This document shows positions 27,044 to 35,338 of a DNA stretch of 64,000 nt, one piece after another. The position numbers were made by a program, and so were the translations under genes. The notes beneath the pieces are model-generated. The model saw only the letters and a list, made by a program, of their open reading frames with translations, searched no databases and was not told the origin of the DNA. The DNA lies in IMG/VR virus record IMGVR_UViG_3300014208_000026, positions 1 to 64,000 of that record, one strand, 5' to 3'. Positions within the stretch are counted from its first letter, which is position 1; each line of letters opens with the position of its first letter. The DNA comes from a virus. Its lineage: Duplodnaviria; Caudoviricetes.

Positions 27044-27853
27044 TTAATTCCCTTGCCATCTCACCGTGTGAATTTTATCACAGTCAGCTTCTGAGAAGCT
27101 GAACTCCAGGATTGTCCCTATCGACAGATCACTGGCGTCTATAGTAGAGTCTAGAATATCGTCTTCAGCTCCAATTGCATATGCCTTGACATAGTTAATG
27201 CCCTGCAAACCGCCCATAACTTCGAAGTTGAGAACACAGCCCTTTCCGCGAAAACCAGGGCGACTCCCTCTAGAGGCCAATTCAAGAGGTGTCGCCGTAG
27301 GAGTCACTACCTTGTCCCCACGAGAGTCTTCTAACAATTGTGCATCACGCGCAAGCGCGTCGCCGCCTGACCACACGTCAGGCAGCTTCTCCAAGCACTC
27401 AAGGGGGCTCAGGGAGTCGACCATACGGTCAATCATGACGCCGCCCAGAGAAAGCCCAAGAGCAGCAAACGGGCTCTCGTTTTGCATCAAGCGCTGAGTG
27501 AGCTTACGCTGCAGGGACCCCTTCAAAACCCCGCAGGGCGTAGCACTCCCGAACAGAACCAGGAAAGTTGTCGGAGGAACCACGACGAAGACGCTCGCTA
27601 ACACAATAGCGATTCGGGTGATTGAGGACTGACGGCGCCACCATGACTGTTCGGTTCCGGTTTGGGTTCTGATTAGCATGCTCACATCCTTTCTCATGTT
27701 CTTGATCTGTGGAGTGACCATTCGGAGTGCCCATAGAGCAAAGGCCACTGTCAGAAGTACTCCTATGATACCGAAGGTTTCTGGGACAAGGAGGCCGAGC
27801 GCAATAGTCAGGCACACGATCCCGAATCCTACCAGCAAAGTGTTCCGGTTCAT
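27044..27853 (-). CDS. membrane protein
   Basis: Three hydrophobic segments; ATG at 27853. Confidence 0.6.
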   Translation of the reverse strand: MNRNTLLVGFGIVCLTIALGLLVPETFGIIGVLLTVAFALWALRMVTPQIKNMRKDVSMLIRTQTGTEQSWWRRQSSITRIAIVLASVFVVVPPTTFLVLFGSATPCGVLKGSLQRKLTQRLMQNESPFAALGLSLGGVMIDRMVDSLSPLECLEKLPDVWSGGDALARDAQLLEDSRGDKVVTPTATPLELASRGSRPGFRGKGCVLNFEVMGGLQGINYVKAYAIGAEDDILDSTIDASDLSIGTILEFSFSEADCDKIHTVRWQGN

Positions 27854-27858
27854 TGTGT

Positions 27859-28029
27859 TTACTCCGGCTGCTGGAGGCATATAGGGCAGATGGCTCTGCA
27901 AAGCTCTGACGTAGGGTCATTGAGCTTTGCGAGGGTCTCTGCAGGAATAGGAGCCCGTGCAAGAAGCACTAAGGCCAGCAGGATACCCGCCACCGCAAAT
28001 ACTGTCCGCAGGGTCCGGTTCATCTCCAT
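27859..28029 (-). CDS. 56-aa membrane-anchored or secreted peptide with CxxxCxxC (not in ORF track)
   Basis: MEMNRTLRTVFAVAGILLALVLLARAP...LCRAICPICLQQPE; first gene after a class I promoter. Confidence 0.55.
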   Translation of the reverse strand: MEMNRTLRTVFAVAGILLALVLLARAPIPAETLAKLNDPTSELCRAICPICLQQPE

Positions 28030-28066
28030 TCTCCTTCCCAGGGCATCATCGCCCTTGCATTTACTG

Positions 28067-28094
28067 TATACACCATCGGGAGAGGGAATGAAAC
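28067..28094 (-). promoter_or_regulatory. class I promoter
   Basis: GTTTCATT-N12-GGTGTATA. Confidence 0.82.
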
Positions 28095-28146
28095 TGAAAT
28101 CGAACGAGGGGAGGAGGGCAGAGAGGCGTCAGGGTTCCTGTGGGGG

Positions 28147-28578
28147 TTAATCCCCTTCCCACCCAGAATTAATTTCACAGGAGATACGGTGAGGGGGTTC
28201 TCCCCAACCAGAGATGGTGGCTAGTTCTCTTCCATCGAAGAAGTCTAGCGACGCTTGAATCTCTTGAGTTTTCCCTTCTGGGTCTTTTTCAGCAATCAGG
28301 CGTGGGGATTCGCTTCGGACCTTTTTCTCAAAGGCAAGTACGCGGGACAGGTCTTTCTGAACGAGGTGCCGAATCAGTATGTCCCGTCCGGTTTTTTGCT
28401 GTTCCTCAGTAACCCCTGGAGCAGCGAGCACTCGGGGGGTTCGGATTGCTTCATAGTAGGCTGTTCCGACAGTTTCATACGTCCCGTTCTGATGGGAGGG
28501 ATTCTTCGCTTTCTGTAGCTCATCCCTCCAGTAGTTCACGAGGTCTTCTTGGAAGTTTGCTTGAAAGGGTAGAGACAT
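28147..28578 (-). CDS. hypothetical protein
   Basis: 143-aa ORF. Confidence 0.55.
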   Translation of the reverse strand: MSLPFQANFQEDLVNYWRDELQKAKNPSHQNGTYETVGTAYYEAIRTPRVLAAPGVTEEQQKTGRDILIRHLVQKDLSRVLAFEKKVRSESPRLIAEKDPEGKTQEIQASLDFFDGRELATISGWGEPPHRISCEINSGWEGD

Positions 28579-28727
28579 CTTTTCAAAACAGATAGTGGGT
28601 ACCCCGATACAATACCCGAACGCGAGGGTTACCTAAAGGTCGAATGACCAGGAACCCCCCTTTCTCCCGAACATACCCTATGCAAGAGGGGTTTCTGCCA
28701 TATATATTCTCAGAGTACAGATTTATG

Positions 28728-28756
28728 TTGACAACTGCACCTAGCCACCATATATT
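28728..28756 (+). promoter_or_regulatory. sigma70 promoter TTGACA-N17-TATATT
   Basis: Near-consensus, in an AT-rich intergenic region. Confidence 0.75.
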
Positions 28757-28783
28757 ACATCGTATGGGGGCTAGGAGGTGCCT

Positions 28784-28885
28784 GTGAGGAATTTCGTTTT
28801 CGGTATGCTGACGACTCTGGTGGTTTTAAAGTTCATAAAAGAGGTCGAAAATCTGAGGAGTCGGGTTTATAAGATGTCTTCATAA
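28784..28885 (+). CDS. 33-aa single-helix peptide (not in ORF track)
   Basis: GGAGG RBS and GTG start; MRNFVFGMLTTLVVLKFIKEVENLRSRVYKMSS. Confidence 0.55.
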   Translation: MRNFVFGMLTTLVVLKFIKEVENLRSRVYKMSS

Positions 28886-28921
28886 TCTTGTCCCCAGAAG
28901 GTTCCCGGATATCTTTTACCC

Positions 28922-29176
28922 TCAGTCAACCGGCTCGTTCACGGACTTCTGCACCAGTCTCCAGGCACACTTGTAAGCCGCTGCTTTTGCGGCGCCCAAG
29001 TTCATCGGGCCGCCCTCTCCTACGCTGTCCTCATAGCGGTCGCTGGTCGTCACGTACCACTTCCAGCCGAGGAAATTGAAATGGACGACACAGTCGTAGG
29101 CACCTATCGTTCTCGTGTAGGTTTTGTCGAAAGGCGCTTTGGCGTGATGCTCATGTACCGTCCACTCTCGGTTCAT
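28922..29176 (-). CDS. hypothetical protein
   Basis: 84-aa ORF adjacent to the nucleotidyltransferase. Confidence 0.5.
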   Translation of the reverse strand: MNREWTVHEHHAKAPFDKTYTRTIGAYDCVVHFNFLGWKWYVTTSDRYEDSVGEGGPMNLGAAKAAAYKCAWRLVQKSVNEPVD

Positions 29177-29179
29177 TAC

Positions 29180-30280
29180 CTACAGTTTCCCCTTCAACGC
29201 TTCGCCCATCATCTCGATGCACAACTCCCGAATCTTCGTTCGCTGAGGCTCCTTCGGGAGCGGGCAATTTCCGGCGTTGTAGAGAGCCGCGATCTTCGTT
29301 TCCATCCCCTCGGCCCACTCAATCAGCTTGTCGTAGGCCCAGCGACCCTCGCGGACTTCGAGAATCTCCTCCCTGTCAATCCCCCCACGCCAAACGTGAA
29401 CCTGCCCCGTCTCCATGATTTCGGTTCCCATCTTCATGAGGCGGACAAGGTGACCGGCGTTCTTGGCATCATAACCACATTTAGCCTCTAGCTCCGAACG
29501 GACCTGATTCCGCGTGACAAGCCACTCCTCGTACCCGCGGTAGTCCTTCAGAGCCAGGGCGTACTTCACCTCTTGCTTGAGAAGATTCAACCCCTCCTCG
29601 GAGATCCCCAAAACTTCCAGGGCCTCAGCCGAGAGCGTAGAGATGGTGTTCGCCTTCTCGTACCGGATCGTCGAGAACATTTCGCTCGCGACCCCCAAGT
29701 CCGTCAGGGTCCGGTCCGTGAGGTTCATCAGGGATATCAACTGCCCTGCCTTCACGGTCTTGTGGTGCTCAGGGAGCCCGAACTCGGCCCGAGTTGGCTT
29801 GTGGTCGGGGTAGTTGCCAAACAGGAACGCACGGTGCCGCTTCATCCTCTGCAACTGCGAGACAGCATAGCCCGTGAACGTGAAACGAGCCTTCGTCGAC
29901 AAGAAGAGGTCGCGGTTCTCCCGCAGCTTCCTGCCCAGCGGCGTGCAGATCCGCACCTCCTCTTCACGGCAATACAGCAAGTCGAGGATGTTCGGGTTAT
30001 TCTCCGTCGCCAGAGAAATGAACTTCATGAGCCCGTAGACAACCCCCTCTAGTTTCGTCTCCGTCGCGACCTTGATCTCTGCCGGATAGAGAAATCCCAG
30101 ATAGGGGGACACGTCCTCGGTCTGGTCGAACCTGTCGAAGGGGCAGAAAAAGGTTCGCTCCTCAGGCACGAGAATGCCCTTCAGGTCAACGTCAGACCCT
30201 GGACGGTGAATCCCATAGGCCCGAGAGCCAGCGATGGTTAGGAGAATGGTCTTGGTCTCTTTGAAGTTGGGTCCGGGCAT
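29180..30280 (-). CDS. Pol-beta-superfamily nucleotidyltransferase (RlaP/YcgL-like)
   Basis: IAGSRAYG...SDVDLKG, NNPNILDLL and YDAKNAGHLVRL. Confidence 0.8.
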   Translation of the reverse strand: MPGPNFKETKTILLTIAGSRAYGIHRPGSDVDLKGILVPEERTFFCPFDRFDQTEDVSPYLGFLYPAEIKVATETKLEGVVYGLMKFISLATENNPNILDLLYCREEEVRICTPLGRKLRENRDLFLSTKARFTFTGYAVSQLQRMKRHRAFLFGNYPDHKPTRAEFGLPEHHKTVKAGQLISLMNLTDRTLTDLGVASEMFSTIRYEKANTISTLSAEALEVLGISEEGLNLLKQEVKYALALKDYRGYEEWLVTRNQVRSELEAKCGYDAKNAGHLVRLMKMGTEIMETGQVHVWRGGIDREEILEVREGRWAYDKLIEWAEGMETKIAALYNAGNCPLPKEPQRTKIRELCIEMMGEALKGKL

Positions 30281-30287
30281 TTTCAGT

Positions 30288-30662
30288 CTACTCCTTCAGC
30301 AAGTCGTCGACGGACTCCAGAAGTTCTTCCATGTTCTGCAAGTGTACCACGCGATGTCCACGATACCACGGCAGAGCCGGAGGCTTTCCCGTGGAATCCA
30401 CCGTCCTGGACTTCTGGTTTTGGTACACTTCGTCCGACACAAGGCAACAGAGGCCGATTTTGATCGCCACGTCCAGAACTGCGGCCCGATGTTCGTGACT
30501 CCAAGAGTCCTTCTCGTCGCAGTCCTCGTAGGCCGCTGCAAAGGCGTCTACCACGTCTTGCTCCCCGTCCCGCTCCCAAACGTAGTCTTCAAGGACGCGA
30601 AGCAGCGTAGGGGGTGCCTTGGCCCGAATTAGGGCCTCTATGCTGGCACGGGAAGGTTTCAT
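30288..30662 (-). CDS. hypothetical protein
   Basis: 124-aa coupled ORF. Confidence 0.55.
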   Translation of the reverse strand: MKPSRASIEALIRAKAPPTLLRVLEDYVWERDGEQDVVDAFAAAYEDCDEKDSWSHEHRAAVLDVAIKIGLCCLVSDEVYQNQKSRTVDSTGKPPALPWYRGHRVVHLQNMEELLESVDDLLKE

Positions 30663-31039
30663 TCCTTCACCGCTCCTTGTGTCTTGTCCAACGCCTCGAT
30701 CACGGCGGCCAGAACTTCATCGGGCTGCTCATACCATACCGTGTCCCGAAGGCGGTGGATACTTTCCCGCCGGAACTTCTCGGTCTTTTCCTCTTGCAGG
30801 ATTTCGGCTTCCTCTTCTGCCGTGATCATGCGGATGAAACGGGGACTCTTGAAACCGCTTTCCCCCACCTTGTAACCTCGGATGGTGTAAGGTTCTTCCG
30901 CTTCCCCGGGCCCATCCATGAGAACACGAATCTGAGTCTTGCCGACCTTCTTGATGGTCCCGAACGTCCATGTAGGATGGAACCCACCGCGATTCTGTAC
31001 CACGCGCCCGTTCAACAGCCAGTCCGATTTCCAGTCCAT
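30659..31039 (-). CDS. hypothetical protein
   Basis: First gene after a class I promoter. Confidence 0.6.
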   Translation of the reverse strand: MDWKSDWLLNGRVVQNRGGFHPTWTFGTIKKVGKTQIRVLMDGPGEAEEPYTIRGYKVGESGFKSPRFIRMITAEEEAEILQEEKTEKFRRESIHRLRDTVWYEQPDEVLAAVIEALDKTQGAVKE

Positions 31040-31074
31040 GATCCTAGTCTCCCTGAATCAAGTCTCTAATCCTC

Positions 31075-31102
31075 TATACACCGACCCACCCTAAAATGAA
31101 AC
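31075..31102 (-). promoter_or_regulatory. class I promoter
   Basis: GTTTCATT-N12-GGTGTATA. Confidence 0.82.
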
Positions 31103-31126
31103 CAGAATCGACCCGCCCTCCCACAA

Positions 31127-31140
31127 TTTTCCGGCTATAG
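31127..31140 (+). promoter_or_regulatory. class III motif TTTTC-N3-CTATAG
   Basis: Matches the 13879 and 62242 motifs. Confidence 0.5.
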
Positions 31141-31180
31141 GTTCCTTTCAAGTAGGGAATATGAACGAGGCTACCCCGCT

Positions 31181-32275
31181 ATGAGCACGATTCAGGATCT
31201 TCAAGTACTGACCGCGCACCTCCACAAGCTGAAGAGGCAGGCTTCGGCCAATCCGAGGTCAATCCATCTAAGGGTAGCAGCCCAGTTCATGGACCAGTCC
31301 CTCATGAAGCAGCTTGATATGGTTGCTCGCCTTCAAGTCCTTGAGGGCGTGGCAGGGGTGTCTGAGGGCCTTTGGTCCAACAAGAGCCCTGTGTCAGGCC
31401 TCGCGTCAGCCAAGAAGCACTTTATCGAGAAGCCCATCTCTGAGGAGTGGTTCCTCCCCAAGGACACGGGGCTCTACAAGAGGGCGGCTTTCACCTTCGC
31501 GAAGGTCTTGGACAAGATCAACACCACCTCTACAGAGGAACTTCTTCAAGGGCTCATGGCAGGCGTGGGTCCCTCAGGTGAGAAGGTGGATCGGATGTTC
31601 AACGCCATCGGGGAATTCCTCAAGGACCGTATCCTCAGCGGTAAGGCTACGATCATCGAAGCAGCCAACCGAGCAGCGGAGTTCGTCAGGCGTCGAGCTT
31701 GGGGGGTGTTGAAGAGTCTAAAGACGGAGAAGCACTCCGGTCCAGGTAACAGGGGTGAATGGAACGTGAACAAGCCCATCCTCCATGTGCCAGATAATGA
31801 GGACCACCCTAAGGGTCAGAACGGTCGAACGGATGTAGCTACCTTTGAGGGCATGGGGGCTAGTACTCAGCAGGATATCCTCTCCCATATCATGGACGAT
31901 GCAGCGGACCCTGAGATGGTCCAGATCCGTACAGCTATCCTCCAAGCCCTCCTGAAACGGGCTAAGACCGAACTCCAGCAGACCATCATTCGGGAACTGC
32001 TTGACACTCTCTCGGATAACGAGATATCTAAGGGGCGTGTTCGCTACGAGGTAGCTGAGCGGACAGGGGTGACCTATGCTTACGTTCGACAGCTAGAGGA
32101 CAAGATGCTCTCCGTAGTCCCCAAGATCATCGCCAACGATCCTCACCTCCAGAAGCTCATCAACAGAGTGCTCGACCGTTCTGAGATCGAAGCCATGACC
32201 TCCGGCTACAAGACAGCCAAGAAAAGATCCTTGGCTTTCCAGCGGATCACTGCCTCCGATCCAGTTCCCTTCTAA
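31181..32275 (+). CDS. sigma-factor-like / C-terminal HTH protein with terminal linker motifs
   Basis: AAEFVRRRAWGVLK; HTH RYEVAERTGVTYAYVRQLEDK; N-terminal KRQAS...RVAAQF. Confidence 0.5.
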   Translation: MSTIQDLQVLTAHLHKLKRQASANPRSIHLRVAAQFMDQSLMKQLDMVARLQVLEGVAGVSEGLWSNKSPVSGLASAKKHFIEKPISEEWFLPKDTGLYKRAAFTFAKVLDKINTTSTEELLQGLMAGVGPSGEKVDRMFNAIGEFLKDRILSGKATIIEAANRAAEFVRRRAWGVLKSLKTEKHSGPGNRGEWNVNKPILHVPDNEDHPKGQNGRTDVATFEGMGASTQQDILSHIMDDAADPEMVQIRTAILQALLKRAKTELQQTIIRELLDTLSDNEISKGRVRYEVAERTGVTYAYVRQLEDKMLSVVPKIIANDPHLQKLINRVLDRSEIEAMTSGYKTAKKRSLAFQRITASDPVPF

Positions 32276-32282
32276 TTTCTTC

Positions 32283-32311
32283 TTGACAGCATCCCAGGTT
32301 CCCGCTATAAA
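32283..32311 (+). promoter_or_regulatory. sigma70 promoter TTGACA-N17-TATAAA
   Basis: Near-consensus; no ORF downstream. Confidence 0.75.
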
Positions 32312-32317
32312 GGGGCT

Positions 32318-32525
32318 TGTGTCTATTTGTTCTTTGAGCGTGGTCCTCCTGAGCTGTTCTCCCCGAGGCTTACACGGGAGACTTGAGGAGGTCCAAGAGA
32401 TTGGGACAGAAGCCGTTGCGACTCTCCTTTAACGAGGGGGAGGTTCGGACTGGGAACCTTGATGTAGGACCCAGTATGCTGAGGGATCGCTGTCCACGCT
32501 CAAACAGTACCCATGATGGGGTACG
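32318..32525 (+). ncRNA. candidate structured ncRNA of about 200 nt
   Basis: 11-bp closing stem 32333-32343/32494-32504 enclosing several hairpins, then a GTACCC/GGGTAC hairpin. Confidence 0.6.
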
Positions 32526-32607
32526 GGTTCTTTGACATAAAAGGATTCCCCCGTAGCAAATCTCCCTAACCCAAAAGGTGGGAGGTGGCTCGGAGCCGAC
32601 TAAGACG

Positions 32608-32823
32608 GATCCCCTGAGCAGAGATCCTCCGGCAGCCGAGTAAGTCCCGAGTGGTGAGACCTAAGAAAGCGTCCCTTACGTAAGTAGAGGACAGGTTGAA
32701 GACCCACTAACCCCTGAGAACAGATCCTCTAGAACATAGGTTCAGGATCTCTCAGGATCCTAAGGCCCTAGGATCTTAGGTTCTTGAACCCTCAGATCGG
32801 GATCTCAAAATTCAGAAGTGATC
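32608..32823. repeat. GATC cluster and iteron-like repeats (candidate origin)
   Basis: 9 GATC in 216 bp; CCCCTGAGnAnAGATCCTC at 32611 and 32711. Confidence 0.65.
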
Positions 32824-32923
32824 TAAGAGTCCGTGTTCGAGTCCTGATGCTGGTTCTAAGGATGCTGGTGCTGATGGTCTGAGTCCTGGTCTGAGTCCTG
32901 GTGATGATGGTCCTAAGGGTTCT
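32822..32923 (+). repeat. period-3 NNT low-complexity tract, left part
   Basis: cct gat gct ggt tct ... gct gat ggt ... cct ggt gat gat ggt. Confidence 0.6.
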
Positions 32924-33018
32924 CAACAGTCCCCATAGGTAGCCTATAATGTGCCCTGATTGGTAACATTTAACCCGGGTGAAAGAGTCAGCGTTCATTT
33001 CGGGTCTCCGAAGTGGAT

Positions 33019-33047
33019 TTGACTCCCTCCAATATTTCCCCTATACT
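33019..33047 (+). promoter_or_regulatory. sigma70 promoter TTGACT-N17-TATACT for tnpB
   Basis: Followed by GGAGG RBS and ATG at 33072. Confidence 0.75.
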
Positions 33048-33071
33048 TCCCCTTAGTGGAGGCTCGATTTC

Positions 33072-34496
33072 ATGAAGTCCAAGAAGTCGCGATTCTTTTT
33101 TCTCCACCCAGACACCAACCCCATTAAGCGCTCAAAGGTCGAGGATCTCTACGCCGAGTTTCTATCCTATCGTACCCTCTGTGTCAAGACCCTTCTGGGG
33201 AATCGAAAGCTCAGCCTCTCCCGTAAGGAGATGAAAGCCTTTTTCCCGGGATCTGACGTCCTCACTTCCCAAATCCAAAAGAACGCTCAGGATGAAGCAG
33301 TGGTTACCGTCAGGTCTTGGGCTGCTGCAACTTACTCTCGTAAGATCAAAAAACAGATAACTTTGTTAAAGAAAGAGGGAGCAATAACAGAGGATGAGGC
33401 TCGACAACTTTACGCCGTGGGTAAGTACTCCGTAAGTAAACCCTCAGCTACTATCTCTCAAGAAGCAATCGACTTTTACTGGGATCTGTTGGATACCTTT
33501 GGCGGTAAGAAACCCGAGGTCCGTTATGGATCCCCCATGTACCTCACGGAGATGACCTCTAAACTAACGGATCCAGAAGAGACGATTATAGCTGACTATT
33601 GGTTGAAAATTTCTACTCTTGAACCAAGAAAAACAGTTTGGTTACCGTTAGTCGGGAATCCTTACGTAGCTCATGCCGATGAAGTCTCCAAGACGATTCA
33701 GTGTCAACCGACAACGAACGGTCGTTGGCGGTTCATGGTCGTAGAGAAAAAGGAATACGAGATCCCTGAGGTTGATCTGGATGCTCCTAGGTTGGGTTTA
33801 GACGTAGGATTAAACGTCCTGGCAGCTACCTCTTCGGGAGACTTGTACGGGGAGGACGTTAAGCCCAAATTCGACAAGAAATGGGAACAAATCAAGAAAC
33901 TTAGGGCTAACCGCCAGAGGCAAGGGCTCAAAGAAGATTCTCTCAGGTTGAAAACCCTGGAGTCGAAGCTGTCGGGGTTAGTTAAAACAGAGACCGGACG
34001 AATAGTTAACCTGCTTGTAGCTAAGCATCCTGGAACGGTCTTTGTCCTTGAGGACCTCGACCTTTCCGGATGCGCAGGCCAGAAACGGTTTGCTTACAGA
34101 GCACTCCAGCACAGCCTTGAGACCAAGGCTCCCTGTATAAAGATCAATCCTGCGTATACTTCGCAGGAATGTCCCTCCTGCGGCTATATCTCGCGTAAGA
34201 ATCGCACGGGGACGAAGTTCCATTGTCGCTTTTGCGGACGTGTCGCGCATGCTGACTGGGTCGGCTCAACTGGTATCCTGAGACGTTCTCAAGATGTCGA
34301 GATCAGTTTAGCCATGGATCCAGAAAGCGTGAAAGAGGTGCTGATCGGTAGATTCCTTCTTGCACAAAGAGGGATTCACCTATCGGGATTTCTTCGGAAC
34401 GAAAAGGAGCCCCCACCGTTGGGCCCCGGGCTTACTACCGAGGGATCTGGGTTAAGCCTAGACGTCGGCACAGCTCTAGAGTCAAGACCTATTTAA
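33072..34496 (+). mobile_element. tnpB: TnpB RNA-guided endonuclease (IS200/IS605-type, no tnpA in window)
   Basis: RuvC LGLDVG, VLEDL and HAD; YTSQECPSCG...FHCRFC zinc ribbon. Confidence 0.9.
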
Positions 34497-34507
34497 GTAG
34501 GTCTTGA
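34482..34507 (+). other. perfect 10-bp hairpin, probable right end / reRNA terminus of the TnpB element
   Basis: TCAAGACCTA-TTTAAG-TAGGTCTTGA overlapping the tnpB stop. Confidence 0.65.
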
Positions 34508-34512
34508 TGAAC

Positions 34513-34620
34513 GGTGCTGATGTTGAGAGTGCTGGTTCAAGTTCAAGTCCTGATGCTAGTGCTGGTCCTGTAGGTAGTAAAGAAGCTGTACTGGTTCCTT
34601 CGGATGGTGAGTGCTGGATC
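34513..34620 (+). repeat. period-3 NNT low-complexity tract, right part
   Basis: Shares AGTCCTGATGCT and GGTGCTGATG with the tract left of tnpB. Confidence 0.6.
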
Positions 34621-34729
34621 CTGGTTCTTTGAAATCCTGGTGAACGGATCCTCTCAAAGAGACAGATCCGTTCCTGAGCCTATAGAACTCCCTCTGGTAG
34701 AGGGACGAACAGAAAAGAAGCTCAGGAAC

Positions 34730-35068
34730 ATGAACCTCTCAGAGAATCTAGCTCTCGCCTGTTTGTACGTGATGGGGGGTAGAGCCCAACCGTTCTTCCC
34801 AGGGACAGATCGCTGTGCCCCCTCCTTCATCGTAAGGGTGTTACTAACCCTTCCCGCTCCCTATAGGGAATCGGATCGGTGTAGGTTCCCCATGGATATC
34901 AAATGGGATCTATGGGAACTGATGGTGCCTCTGATAGAATCTGAAACATACAGTCCTAAGCTTCCTGTGAACCAACACCTGTTAAGAGCCACGGATTTCG
35001 ATCAGCTAGTCCTCTTGATGACGGGTAGAGTCGAGGAGGCTCTAAGAGAAGCTGGAAGGATCCCATAA
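34730..35068 (+). CDS. hypothetical protein
   Basis: ATG at 34730 in ORF 34604-35068. Confidence 0.4.
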   Translation: MNLSENLALACLYVMGGRAQPFFPGTDRCAPSFIVRVLLTLPAPYRESDRCRFPMDIKWDLWELMVPLIESETYSPKLPVNQHLLRATDFDQLVLLMTGRVEEALREAGRIP

Positions 35069-35073
35069 AGAAA

Positions 35074-35280
35074 ATGGCTGAACAAAGAAAGCTTACCATT
35101 GCCAAGGACAAAACTCCCGTTTGGATCCACTGTCGAGCTAGGAAGACCTGCCCAGGGAACATGGCGGAACCGGTGTTCGACCAAGAGTCCCCGGGAGGGG
35201 GTGGGATCGTGAAGCGATACCGCTGTCTCACCTGTAAAGGGACTTTCCACATTACTGTAGGGTCCCAGTTCAAGGGCTGA
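35074..35280 (+). CDS. small zinc-ribbon protein
   Basis: CRARKTC...YRCLTC. Confidence 0.6.
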   Translation: MAEQRKLTIAKDKTPVWIHCRARKTCPGNMAEPVFDQESPGGGGIVKRYRCLTCKGTFHITVGSQFKG

Positions 35281-35288
35281 TCTCGCTG

Positions 35289-35299
35289 GATCGGGTATA
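35289..35299 (+). promoter_or_regulatory. class II motif GATCGGGTATA
   Basis: One of 5 RATMGRGTATA copies ahead of replication genes. Confidence 0.65.
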
Positions 35300-35338
35300 T
35301 AAGAGGACTAGGAATCCTGTCGGGAGCCCTGTCCTCAA

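Noticed and set aside
26148-27047. 299-aa plus-strand ORF
   Set aside because: It is antisense to the tRNA-like pair and to the 26388-26954 gene, which have promoter and RBS support.
32318-32525. RNase P, tmRNA, SRP, 6S or cobalamin riboswitch
   Set aside because: I found none of their hallmark motifs by eye, and the fold is too branched for 6S. An Rfam search is still needed.
32792-32998. 68-aa Thr/Arg-rich minus-strand ORF
   Set aside because: It is a by-product of the period-3 tract. The equivalent frame in the right-hand tract has stops.
33072-34496. Cas12f-type CRISPR effector
   Set aside because: There is no adjacent array; the terminal hairpin fits a TnpB element.
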